Source: Archaeoglobus fulgidus DSM 4304 (lineage in GTDB: Archaea; Halobacteriota; Archaeoglobi; Archaeoglobales; Archaeoglobaceae). From it: 32,000 bases of DNA. Below, piece by piece: positions 1-8,543 of this stretch. Numbering within the stretch: position 1 is the first letter of the stretch; every line of letters starts with the position of its first letter. The position numbers and the translations under genes were made by a program. Below the pieces are notes generated by a model. It was given only the letters and a program-made list of their open reading frames with translations. It was not told the origin of the DNA and ran no database searches. The stretch covers positions 1,590,001 through 1,622,000 of the forward strand of contig NC_000917.1 of the NCBI RefSeq assembly GCF_000008665.1. The letters run 5' to 3'.

Positions 1-2
1 AA

Positions 3-569
3 GAGGCGTGGCAGATGGCGAGGGAGATGCTTGAGAAGGTGGGCCTTCAGCCTGAGAGGGTTGATTCATACCCTCATCAGCTCAGCGGTGGCCAGAGGCA
101 GAGAGTTATGATTGCGATGGCCATAAGCCTCAATCCCAAGCTTTTGATTGCAGATGAGCCAACTACTGCTCTTGACGTCATAGTTCAGGAGAAAATAATG
201 GACTTGCTGGAGGACATGAAGAGGGAGGGCAGGGCTGTGATGCTAATCACCCACGACTTCGCCTTGGCTGCGGAGAGAAGCGACAGGATTGCGGTTATGT
301 ATGCTGGCTGGCTCGTTGAGCTTGGCAAGGCTGAGAAACTGACGAATGAACCGCTCCACCCCTACACGAAAGGTTTAATTCAGTCCGTTCCCGATGTGTG
401 GATGGATAAGGAAATCAAGCCCCTCCCCGGCTTCCCGCCCGACCTCATAAACCCACCAGAAGGATGCAGGTTCAGGCCGAGGTGCTCTGAAGCTTCGAAG
501 AGGTGCATGAAGGAGCCGCCAGAGTTCGAAGTTGACGGAAGGGTTGTGAAGTGCTGGCTCTACGGGTGA
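3..569 (+). CDS. dppD: Peptide/dipeptide ABC transporter ATP-binding protein, DppD/OppD type (5' truncated by window edge)
   Basis: Frame is open from nt 3 upstream of the track's ATG at 15. Contains ABC signature LSGGQRQR, Walker B LLIADEPTTALD, and the C-terminal oligopeptide domain Cys motif GCRFRPRCSEASKRC. Confidence 0.93.
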   Translation, partial: EAWQMAREMLEKVGLQPERVDSYPHQLSGGQRQRVMIAMAISLNPKLLIADEPTTALDVIVQEKIMDLLEDMKREGRAVMLITHDFALAAERSDRIAVMYAGWLVELGKAEKLTNEPLHPYTKGLIQSVPDVWMDKEIKPLPGFPPDLINPPEGCRFRPRCSEASKRCMKEPPEFEVDGRVVKCWLYG

Positions 570-573
570 TAGA

Positions 574-1545
574 ATGCTGAGAGTTGAGAACCTCAAGAAG
601 TACTTCCCCGTTCAGAAATCCGTTCTGGAGGTTTTGCTGAGCGGAAGAAGGGACTTTGTGAGAGCTGTCGATGGCGTAAGCTTCGAAATGAAGCAGGGTG
701 AGGTACTTTCCCTCGTTGGGGAGAGCGGGTGCGGGAAGACGACGACGGGCAGAATCATCGTCGGACTGGAAAGGCCGACGAGCGGGAAGATTTACTTCAA
801 GGACAGAGAGATTACCTCCCTCAGCGAGGAAGAGCAGAGGAGGATGAAGAGGCATATCCAGATGGTCTTTCAGGACCCCTACGCCTCCCTAAACCCGAGG
901 ATGAAGATTGGGGAGCACCTCGTTGAGTCCCTCACAATTCACGGAATTGCGGAGAATGATGAGGCAAGGGAAATGGCCATGTCGATGCTGGACAGAGTTG
1001 GACTGCCGGGGGAGCAGTTCTTCAACAGAATGCCCTATCAGCTCAGCGGTGGCCAGAGGCAGAGGGTTGCGATAGCGAGGGCGATGATTCTCAAGCCCGA
1101 CTTCGTCGTTGCGGATGAGCCGGTTTCAATGATTGACGTCAGCCTGAGGGCTGCGATTCTTGACCTGCTCATGTCCTTCAGGGATGAGTACAATCTGAGC
1201 ATGCTCTTCATAACTCACGACCTGTCAGTTGCGAGGATTGTGGGCGATAGAATTGCGGTGATGTACCTCGGAAAAATAATGGAAATCGGAAAGACGAGGG
1301 AGGTTATACACAATCCAAGGCATCCCTACACCGCAGCTCTGCTTTCCTCAGTTCCGAGCTTCGTGAAAAAGGGGAGAAAAGTGGAAATTATTGGAGACAT
1401 TGCAAATCCCATCGATATTCCCTCAGGGTGCAGATACCACCCACGCTGCCCCTTTGCGAGGGAGAAGTGCAAGAAAGAGGAGCCCGAGCTGGAAGGCGGG
1501 GAGCACAGCTTTGCCTGCCACTATCCGCTGGAGGGCGGGTTTTAG
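574..1545 (+). CDS. dppF: Peptide/dipeptide ABC transporter ATP-binding protein, DppF/OppF type
   Basis: Walker A GESGCGKTT, LSGGQRQR, VVADEPVSMIDVS, C-terminal GCRYHPRCPFAREKC. Starts 4 nt after the upstream ATPase stop. Confidence 0.94.
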   Translation: MLRVENLKKYFPVQKSVLEVLLSGRRDFVRAVDGVSFEMKQGEVLSLVGESGCGKTTTGRIIVGLERPTSGKIYFKDREITSLSEEEQRRMKRHIQMVFQDPYASLNPRMKIGEHLVESLTIHGIAENDEAREMAMSMLDRVGLPGEQFFNRMPYQLSGGQRQRVAIARAMILKPDFVVADEPVSMIDVSLRAAILDLLMSFRDEYNLSMLFITHDLSVARIVGDRIAVMYLGKIMEIGKTREVIHNPRHPYTAALLSSVPSFVKKGRKVEIIGDIANPIDIPSGCRYHPRCPFAREKCKKEEPELEGGEHSFACHYPLEGGF

Positions 1546-1627
1546 GCTTGGAAAATCCTAATAGTTAATTGTTAAAAGTTATCCCACATTTAAAAAAATT
1601 TTAATAGTTCTCACTCTAATTAACAAT

Positions 1628-3337
1628 ATGCTTGGTGTGGAAGGAAAGAGCATAACAGAAATTGACGAGAAGGAGATAAACAGGATCTGGCTAAAGCACT
1701 ACGATGAAGGAGTTAGGCCCAACATTGACTACCCCGAAATTCCGCTGTATCAGCTTCTGGAGGATACGGCGAAGAAGTATCCCGACAAGACCGCGCTGAT
1801 TTTCTTCGGAAAGAAAATCACGTACAGAGAGCTTGACGAGATGAGCGACAGAATTGCAGGTTTTTTGAAGAGCCTCGGCATTAAGAAAGGAGACAGGGTC
1901 ATTCTGGACCTCCCGAACGTGCCTCAGTATGTTGCGGCCTACTACGGAATTTTAAAGGTCGGCGCGACCGTTGTGCAGTGCAACCCTCTCTATACTGAGA
2001 GGGAAATCAGGTACATTCAGGAGAACAGCGAGGCGGAGTACGGATTCTTTGTCGAATTCGTTTATCCTAGAATAAAGGGTCTTTTAGCTGAAGGAAAGTT
2101 AAAGAAAGCGGTAATCTGTAAAATTGAGGATTATCTCCCATTCCCCCTGAACATCCTTTATCCGCTCAAGAAGGAGAAGGTAAGAATCGAGAAGAGCGAT
2201 AAGGTAGTTTACTGGAAAGATGCCTTGAAGTCACCGCTAACAAAGGAAAGGCCTGAAATCAACCCCAAGGATGATGTGGCAATCTTCCTTTACACCGGAG
2301 GTACCACTGGTGTGCCAAAGGCTGTGATGTCGACGCACTTCAATCTCGTCGCGAATGTTTACCAGACACTTGAGTGGGTTGTTGACAGAACTCCTGATGA
2401 TGTCTTCATTGGAGTGCTGCCCTACTTCCACAGCTTTGGAATGACGACCTCAATGAACGCTCCAATCGCCAACGGCTCAACCATCGTCCTGATTCCCGAC
2501 CCCAGAGACATCAAGAGGATACTTGAGAGCATTCAGAAGTACAGGGCGAGCATTTTCTGCGGAGTTCCGACGATGTATGCGGCGATAATCAACCACCCCG
2601 ATGTGAAGAAGTACGATTTAAGTTCGGTGAAAGCATGTATTAGTGGTGCTGCCCCACTTCCCGTTGAGGTTAAGAGGAGGTTCGAGGAGATTACGGGAGG
2701 TAAGCTGGTTGAGGGCTATGGTTTAAGTGAAACCTCTCCCGTAGCACTTGGCAACCCTGTTTACGGCCTCAACAAGGAGGGGAGCATTGGCATACCCTTC
2801 CCCGACACCTACGCTGTCGTTATAGACGATGAAGGAAAGGTTCTCCCAATCGGTGAAGTTGGAGAGCTAGTTATAAAGGGACCGCAGGTAATGAAGGGCT
2901 ACTACAAGATGGAGGAAGAGACGAAGAAGGTTCTCGTCAATGGCTGGCTGCTGACTGGAGACATGGCGAAGATGGACGAAGATGGATACTTCTACATCGT
3001 GGACAGGAAGAAGGATATGATAATTGCAGGAGGTTACAACATCTATCCGAGAGAGGTTGAGGAGGTGCTTTACGAGCATCCAGCAGTTGTTGAGGCTGCT
3101 GTAGTAGGAGTGCCCGACCCCTACAGGGGAGAGACGGTCAAGGCTTACATTGTCCTGAAGCCGGAATACAAGGGAAAGGTTACCGAGCAGGAGATAATCC
3201 AGTTCTGCAAGGAGAGATTGGCTGCATACAAGGTTCCAAAGCTTGTCGAGTTCAGAGATGAGCTGCCGAAGTCTGCGGTAGGAAAAATCCTCAGGAGAGT
3301 TCTGAGAGAGGAGGAAATCAAGAAAATAAAAGGTTAA
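1628..3337 (+). CDS. AMP-forming acyl-CoA synthetase (long/medium-chain fatty acid-CoA ligase-like)
   Basis: YTGGTTGVPKAV AMP-binding motif, GYGLSETSP, GWLLTGDMAKMDEDGYFYIVDRKKDMIIAGGYNIYPREVE, C-terminal KSAVGKILRR. Confidence 0.95.
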   Translation: MLGVEGKSITEIDEKEINRIWLKHYDEGVRPNIDYPEIPLYQLLEDTAKKYPDKTALIFFGKKITYRELDEMSDRIAGFLKSLGIKKGDRVILDLPNVPQYVAAYYGILKVGATVVQCNPLYTEREIRYIQENSEAEYGFFVEFVYPRIKGLLAEGKLKKAVICKIEDYLPFPLNILYPLKKEKVRIEKSDKVVYWKDALKSPLTKERPEINPKDDVAIFLYTGGTTGVPKAVMSTHFNLVANVYQTLEWVVDRTPDDVFIGVLPYFHSFGMTTSMNAPIANGSTIVLIPDPRDIKRILESIQKYRASIFCGVPTMYAAIINHPDVKKYDLSSVKACISGAAPLPVEVKRRFEEITGGKLVEGYGLSETSPVALGNPVYGLNKEGSIGIPFPDTYAVVIDDEGKVLPIGEVGELVIKGPQVMKGYYKMEEETKKVLVNGWLLTGDMAKMDEDGYFYIVDRKKDMIIAGGYNIYPREVEEVLYEHPAVVEAAVVGVPDPYRGETVKAYIVLKPEYKGKVTEQEIIQFCKERLAAYKVPKLVEFRDELPKSAVGKILRRVLREEEIKKIKG

Positions 3338-3420
3338 TTATTATCTTTTTCTTTAGCATTTTTAGAAATGCTTTTAAATCACCAAAGGAGACTGGGCTAA
3401 AGCTCAAGGAGGACGATAAA

Positions 3421-4575
3421 ATGATTACGATAGACCCAGAGTATTTTGAAATTTTAAAAGAGTTTGGTGCTGAGAGGGTTGTCAGATGCTACCAGTGCGG
3501 GACATGTACGGGAATATGCCCCGTTTCAACGACCGATGCAAGCTTTCCTAGAAAACCCGTACTGCTCTCAAGATTCGGTGTGGGGGAGGTTATAGAGAAC
3601 TTCGAGGAAGCTTGGTTATGCCTCTCATGCAACCTCTGCACCGAGTTCTGTCCGAGAGATGTAAAGCCGAGCGAAACGATGCTGGCGATAAAGAGGGTTC
3701 TGGTGGAGAACGGCAAAACTCCTCCCTACATCAGGGACTTCTTCCAGAATATAATGAAGCAGAAGAATCCGTGGGGCATAGGGAAGTTCAAGAGGGAGGA
3801 CTGGGTGAAGAAGAGCGACGTTGAGGTTCCGAAGGTTAAGGACAACCCGGAGTACGAGTGGCTCTGGTTTGTTGGATGCGCCCACGCCTTTGAAAACAGG
3901 AACATTAACGTAACGCTGAAAATGGCCAGAATTCTCAGCGATCTGGGCATAAACTTTGCAACACTCGGCAGAGAGGAGGGTTGCTGCGGCAACGACGTCA
4001 GAAGAGCGGGAGAGGAGGGCTTGTTCGAAGTTCTGATGGAGGAGAACATCAAGACATTTGGCAAATATGGGGTGCAGAGGCTCTTCACGCACTCCCCACA
4101 CTGCTTCAATGCCTTCAAGAACTGGTATGAGGGCTACGAGGTAAAGCTGTTCCTCGAAATCCTGAGGGATGCCATAAAAAGCGGAAAGCTTGAGCTCAAA
4201 AACAAGCTTGATTTGACTGTAACCTACCACGACTCATGCTACCTCGGCAGGTACAACGGCATCTACGATTTGCCGAGAGAGGTGCTGAAGCTGATTCCGG
4301 GAGTGGAGCTTGTTGAAATGAAGAGCAACAGGAGAATGTCTCTCTGCTGCGGCGGAGGAGCTGGAAACATCGTTGGCGACTATCCCGGAGAGATTCAGCC
4401 TGCAAGAGTTAGAGCGCAGGAGGCTGCTGAGACCGGAGCAAACGTTCTGGCAGTTGCGTGCCCCTTCTGCCTGCTGATGCTTGAAGATGGAGTGAAGACC
4501 GAGAAGCTCGACAAGCAGCTTGTTGTGAAGGACATAGTCGAGCTGGTTTACGAAGCTGCCTACGGAGAGGAATAA
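3421..4575 (+). CDS. Heterodisulfide-reductase-like Fe-S protein (HdrD-like: two ferredoxin-type clusters plus CCG domains)
   Basis: CYQCGTCTGICP and CLSCNLCTEFCP clusters; CCG-type motifs GCCGNDVRRAGE and LCCGGGAGN with DSCYLGR and ACPFC. Strong RBS AAGGAGG about 8 nt upstream. Confidence 0.92.
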   Translation: MITIDPEYFEILKEFGAERVVRCYQCGTCTGICPVSTTDASFPRKPVLLSRFGVGEVIENFEEAWLCLSCNLCTEFCPRDVKPSETMLAIKRVLVENGKTPPYIRDFFQNIMKQKNPWGIGKFKREDWVKKSDVEVPKVKDNPEYEWLWFVGCAHAFENRNINVTLKMARILSDLGINFATLGREEGCCGNDVRRAGEEGLFEVLMEENIKTFGKYGVQRLFTHSPHCFNAFKNWYEGYEVKLFLEILRDAIKSGKLELKNKLDLTVTYHDSCYLGRYNGIYDLPREVLKLIPGVELVEMKSNRRMSLCCGGGAGNIVGDYPGEIQPARVRAQEAAETGANVLAVACPFCLLMLEDGVKTEKLDKQLVVKDIVELVYEAAYGEE

Positions 4576-4605
4576 TTTTTTATTTTTGTTTCCTGCTCAT
4601 TTTCA

Positions 4606-6201
4606 GTGCGGGAGAAAATCGGCTTCTGGGAAGCTGTCAGCATCGGCATTGGCGGCATGATTGGGGGAGGAATTTTTGCCGTTCTCGGCCTGAGCGTTCA
4701 GCTTGCGAAGGGCTCTGCCCCTATAGCCTTTCTCATTGCCGGAATTGTTGCGCTTTTTACCGCCTACTCCTACGCAAAGCTCAGCCTGAGGTTTCCGAGC
4801 GAGGGCGGGACGATAGAGTTCCTGATCAAGGCTTACGGAACGGGTTTGCTTGCTGGTGGGTTAAACATCCTTCTCCTCGTTAGCTATGTTGTCATGATAG
4901 CTCTCTACTCCTACGCCTTTGGCAGTTACGCCGCCAACGCCCTCGGAACCCCTATTTTGAAGAGCTTCCTTATCGCATTCGTTGTAATCTTTTTTACAGT
5001 TTTAAACTCCCTCGGAGCAGTTGTGAGCGGAAGAGCAGAGGATCTGCTCGTTGCGTTCAAGCTTGCGGTGCTTGTTATCGTTGCCGCAGCGGGGCTTGCC
5101 TTCGTGAATCCTGAGAGGCTCATGCCGTCCAACTGGGCTGATGCAGTGAGCATAATTGCAGGCGGGATGATTATCTTCCTCGCCTACGAGGGATTTGAGC
5201 TGATTGCCAATGCGGGCGGAGATGTTGAGCATCCGAAGGTTCTTGAGAAGGCCTTCTACGTTTCAGTTGTTGTCGTTATAGCGGTTTACGTTCTAATTGC
5301 CATAATAACTGTCGGAACGCTGCCCTACGAGAAGATTATGGAGGCCAGAGATTACGCTCTTGCCATTGCTGCCGAGCCAGCACTCGGACAGCTTGGCTTC
5401 TGGTTCGTCACCTTTGCAGCCCTCGCATCAACAAGCTCGGCAATCAACGCCACTCTGTACGGAACCGCAAGAGCAAGCTACATGGTTGCCAAGTTTGGAG
5501 AGCTTCCCGAGTTTGTTGGAAAGAAGCTGTGGAGGCAGGCTTACGAGGGGCTGGTTGTGATTCCCATTCTCTCCATAATTCTTTCCATCACCACCAACCT
5601 TGAAACGATAGCCACAGCAGGCAGCGGGGGATTCCTGCTTATATTTGCTGCTGTAAACCTCGCTGCGGTAAAGCTCAGGAGGAAGGTTAAGGTCAATCCG
5701 CTAATCTCCTCAGCTGGGGCGATTATGGCCCTCGCAGCCTTCACAATTCTTGCATTGAGAATGGCGGAGGAAAATCTCTACGCTTTGGCTGTGATGCTTT
5801 CCCTTATAGCAGCTTCCTTCCTCTTTGAGTGGACTTACAGGTGGTATACAGGAAGGGAGATTGGAAGATACGTTGACAGGAAGCTGATAGAGAGGGAGAA
5901 AAACCTCAGAAACTGGGAGGAGTGGATTCCTGCGGTTGTGGATGAGCTAAGGAGAAGATATAGCGACAGCGAGGTTTACCTTGTCGGCAGCCTTGCAAGA
6001 GGTGAGGCTGAGAAGGCGGGTGATGTTGACCTGCTGGTTCTGACGGATGCGGTTGAAAATGGAGAAAAGGAAGGGATAACGAGGGACATCAAGAAAAAGC
6101 TTGAATTGGGCCCCCAGCACTGCCTTGACCTTCACTTCGAGAAGAAGAGTTTAAGGGATGAGGCGTTGAAAAGGGCCGTGAGTTACAGGAGGTTAAAGTG
6201 A
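4606..6201 (+). CDS. APC-superfamily amino-acid permease fused to a C-terminal minimal nucleotidyltransferase (MNT-like) domain
   Basis: GTG start. N-terminal GIGGMIGGGIFAVLG is typical of APC transporters, followed by about 12 hydrophobic segments. The C-terminal ~90 aa contain VYLVGSLARGEAEKAGDVDLLVLTD and CLDLHFE (GSxARG...DxD...D). Confidence 0.9.
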   Translation: MREKIGFWEAVSIGIGGMIGGGIFAVLGLSVQLAKGSAPIAFLIAGIVALFTAYSYAKLSLRFPSEGGTIEFLIKAYGTGLLAGGLNILLLVSYVVMIALYSYAFGSYAANALGTPILKSFLIAFVVIFFTVLNSLGAVVSGRAEDLLVAFKLAVLVIVAAAGLAFVNPERLMPSNWADAVSIIAGGMIIFLAYEGFELIANAGGDVEHPKVLEKAFYVSVVVVIAVYVLIAIITVGTLPYEKIMEARDYALAIAAEPALGQLGFWFVTFAALASTSSAINATLYGTARASYMVAKFGELPEFVGKKLWRQAYEGLVVIPILSIILSITTNLETIATAGSGGFLLIFAAVNLAAVKLRRKVKVNPLISSAGAIMALAAFTILALRMAEENLYALAVMLSLIAASFLFEWTYRWYTGREIGRYVDRKLIEREKNLRNWEEWIPAVVDELRRRYSDSEVYLVGSLARGEAEKAGDVDLLVLTDAVENGEKEGITRDIKKKLELGPQHCLDLHFEKKSLRDEALKRAVSYRRLK

Positions 6202-7194
6202 TCATAGGATTAAAACCCTCTCAATGTCCTTAACCCCGGCCCTCCTCACAAGCGTTAAAAGCGGGTCGGAAGTCCTCCTGAAGCTGCAGTTTCTGTTGAA
6301 GACTACGTAGCCGTGTCTGAAGCCAAAAACAGCATAGCTAGCTGTTGCAGCCCTCAAAATCGCCTTTTCTTTGCCAATAAGGTAAGCGGCAAAGTGCATC
6401 TCGTCCAGCATTGATGCTGTGGAAATCATTGCATTGTCCGTTCCAAGCATCCATTTTTCGTATTCGCTCAGCAATTCGTAGCTTTTTTTGTTAAGAAGGC
6501 CAAAGAAGGCGTTGCTGCGAATGCAGCTCACGATGGGGATTTCGGCCTCAACAAACTCCCTTATTTTTTCCGGGCAAGAATTCATGTGGACAACAAAGTC
6601 AGGCTCTAAAGCCAAAGCAGCATCAACATCCGCGCAGTCCTTCTCCCCAGCATGAATGGCGAACAGCATCTTCCTCCGCCTTGCAATCTCTCTAACCTCT
6701 TCCATAAGCTTCAAATCGTGGTCACGAGCGCTGCTGTAGGCGAAGCCGAAAGCCTCAACCTCTTCAGCCTCCTCAACGCTTGTTGGTCTGGCAAGGGGCA
6801 GGACACCATCGATTCCCTTTACGATTTCAAGCCCTGCTTTGCCGCCCTCCCTGAAGTCGAGGAAGTGGGACGTTCCAGCATCTCTGCTTATCCTCACCTC
6901 CAGCTCCACCTCCTGTCTGAGAGTTTTTGAATCAATCTGGGAAAGCATGCGGTGCTTGTAGCCACCCGGGCCCACAATGCTCACGAGGTCGAGCCTTGGT
7001 GCCTCTCTTAGAGCAGCATCACCCAGATGGGTGTGGGCGTTGAAGAAAGTTGGGGAAATCACAAAATCATCCTTCTCCACCCTGCTCTCCTCAAACGCCA
7101 TTTCCTCGACAATTAAGTCACCGTGAAAGACGCCTTCGTGAGTGACAAGAATCCCGCTGTAAACCTCCATGGGAAGAGTTAAATATTCACCCAC
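6202..7194 (-). CDS. Amidohydrolase-family protein (cytosine deaminase/chlorohydrolase-like)
   Basis: FNAHTHLGD metal-binding motif, FAIHAGE, VVHMNSCP, GTDNAMIS. GTG start at 7194 or ATG at 7170. Confidence 0.85.
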   Translation of the reverse strand: MGEYLTLPMEVYSGILVTHEGVFHGDLIVEEMAFEESRVEKDDFVISPTFFNAHTHLGDAALREAPRLDLVSIVGPGGYKHRMLSQIDSKTLRQEVELEVRISRDAGTSHFLDFREGGKAGLEIVKGIDGVLPLARPTSVEEAEEVEAFGFAYSSARDHDLKLMEEVREIARRRKMLFAIHAGEKDCADVDAALALEPDFVVHMNSCPEKIREFVEAEIPIVSCIRSNAFFGLLNKKSYELLSEYEKWMLGTDNAMISTASMLDEMHFAAYLIGKEKAILRAATASYAVFGFRHGYVVFNRNCSFRRTSDPLLTLVRRAGVKDIERVLIL

Positions 7195-7206
7195 AAAACT
7201 TTTACC

Positions 7207-7389
7207 ATGGCAAAGGCTCCGAAGGGCAAGGCGAAGACACCACCGCTGATGTCCTCTGCAGGTATAATGAGGTACTTCGAGGAGGAAAAAACTCAGATAA
7301 AGGTTAGCCCAAAAACCATTCTTGCTGCAGGCATCGTTACGGGAGTTTTAATAATCATCCTGAACGCCTACTACGGGCTCTGGCCTTAA
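7207..7389 (+). CDS. secG: Preprotein translocase Sec61-beta/SecG-like subunit
   Basis: Small 60-aa protein MAKAPKGKAKTPPLMSSAGIMRYFEEEKTQIKVSPKTILAAGIVTGVLIIILNAYYGLWP with the typical archaeal Sec61-beta layout and one C-terminal TM. Confidence 0.93.
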   Translation: MAKAPKGKAKTPPLMSSAGIMRYFEEEKTQIKVSPKTILAAGIVTGVLIIILNAYYGLWP

Positions 7390-8123
7390 AGGTTCGTCGG
7401 AATGTCAAGAAACACAGCCTCAATCCCCAATTTTTCCCTCACAACCTCCATCAGGCTCTGAACGCCAAACTTCTCACTCTCGTAGTGCCCGAGAAAAAAT
7501 ACGTTGATTCCACCCTCCTTTGCCAGATGGTAGGCTTCGTGCTCAGGCTCTCCCGTGATGAAAAGCTCCACTCCAGCATCAATAGCCTCGTTTAAGGCAA
7601 AGCAGCCCTTTCCCGACACTGCAGCAACTTTTCTGACCCTCTCCTCCCCAAAGGGCAGAACCATCGCCGGGCCAAGCTTTTCCGCAATCTCCCCTACTGC
7701 AGTTGCCTTTTCCAGCTTTGCCGAGAAGCCAATCTTCACGCCCTTGTACTCTCCAAACTCCTCCTGCGGCTCTGCGCCAATTTTTCTTAGAATCACGGCG
7801 TTATTCCCCACCTCCCTGTGGGCATCAAGCGGAAGGTGGGCTGCGTAGAGGGAGAGGTTGCTTCTCAGCAGAAACTCAATCCTTCTTTTCACAATTCCCC
7901 TTATGTAGCCTATACCGCCCCAGATAAGGCCGTGATGGACGACGAGCATGTCCGCATTTACAGCCTTTGCAGCCCTGAAGCTCTCCATGGATGCGTCAAC
8001 GGCAAAGGCGACCTTCTTCACTTCCTCGCTACCCTCAACCTGCAGTCCGTTGTTTGAAACATCCTGATAGCTGTTAATCTCCAAAAAATCGTCGAGAAAT
8101 CGTACAACTTCGGCGAGGTTCAT
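7386..8123 (-). CDS. NIF3-like (GTP cyclohydrolase I type 2 / DUF34) family protein
   Basis: NGLQVEG, VVHHGLIWGG, NLSLYAAHLPLDAH, ELFITGEPEHEAYHLAKEGGINVFFLGHYESE. Confidence 0.93.
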   Translation of the reverse strand: MNLAEVVRFLDDFLEINSYQDVSNNGLQVEGSEEVKKVAFAVDASMESFRAAKAVNADMLVVHHGLIWGGIGYIRGIVKRRIEFLLRSNLSLYAAHLPLDAHREVGNNAVILRKIGAEPQEEFGEYKGVKIGFSAKLEKATAVGEIAEKLGPAMVLPFGEERVRKVAAVSGKGCFALNEAIDAGVELFITGEPEHEAYHLAKEGGINVFFLGHYESEKFGVQSLMEVVREKLGIEAVFLDIPTNL

Positions 8124-8228
8124 GGGCTTATTATGAGAGCGTGGTAATTTAATCTAACGTTTCCTGCAATCAAAATTCTTATATACCACTTTGTTTGAGA
8201 GTAACGAAATTTGAAAGGAGGGTTAGAA

Positions 8229-8486
8229 TTGGCCGAAATAACAGAAGTTAGGATATATAAGTCGAAGGGGAACGGAAGCGTAAAGGCCTATGCGTCTGTG
8301 AGTTTTGACAACGAGTTTGTTGTGAAGGGTTTGAAGGTTGTTGAGGGAGAAAAAGGGCTTTGGGTGAGCATGCCCAGCAGAAGGATGAAGGATGGGAGCT
8401 TTCAGGACGTTTTCCATCCGGTTAGCAGGGAGGCGAGAGATAAGATAGTGGATGCGGTTCTGAAGGCCTATCAGGAGCAGGAGTAG
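8229..8486 (+). CDS. spoVG: SpoVG-family protein
   Basis: MAEITEVRIYKSKGNGSVKAYASVSFDNEFVVKGLKVVEGEKGLWVSMPSRRMKDGSFQDVFHPVSREAR is the SpoVG signature. The track start at 8211 overlaps an AAAGGAGG RBS, so TTG 8229 is the better start. Confidence 0.9.
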   Translation: MAEITEVRIYKSKGNGSVKAYASVSFDNEFVVKGLKVVEGEKGLWVSMPSRRMKDGSFQDVFHPVSREARDKIVDAVLKAYQEQE

Positions 8487-8543
8487 TTAAGAGTTTGGCT
8501 TTTGCTTCAAAACCTTTTTATCTTTTCTGGGTTCAATTCTGTC

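Noticed and set aside
3625-4230. 201-aa minus-strand ORF inside the HdrD-like gene
   Set aside because: Antisense to conserved Fe-S motifs; no supporting features.
6199-6204. TGATCA at abutting stops of the APC-NTase and amidohydrolase genes
   Set aside because: Explained by convergent TGA stops back to back; no further structure seen.
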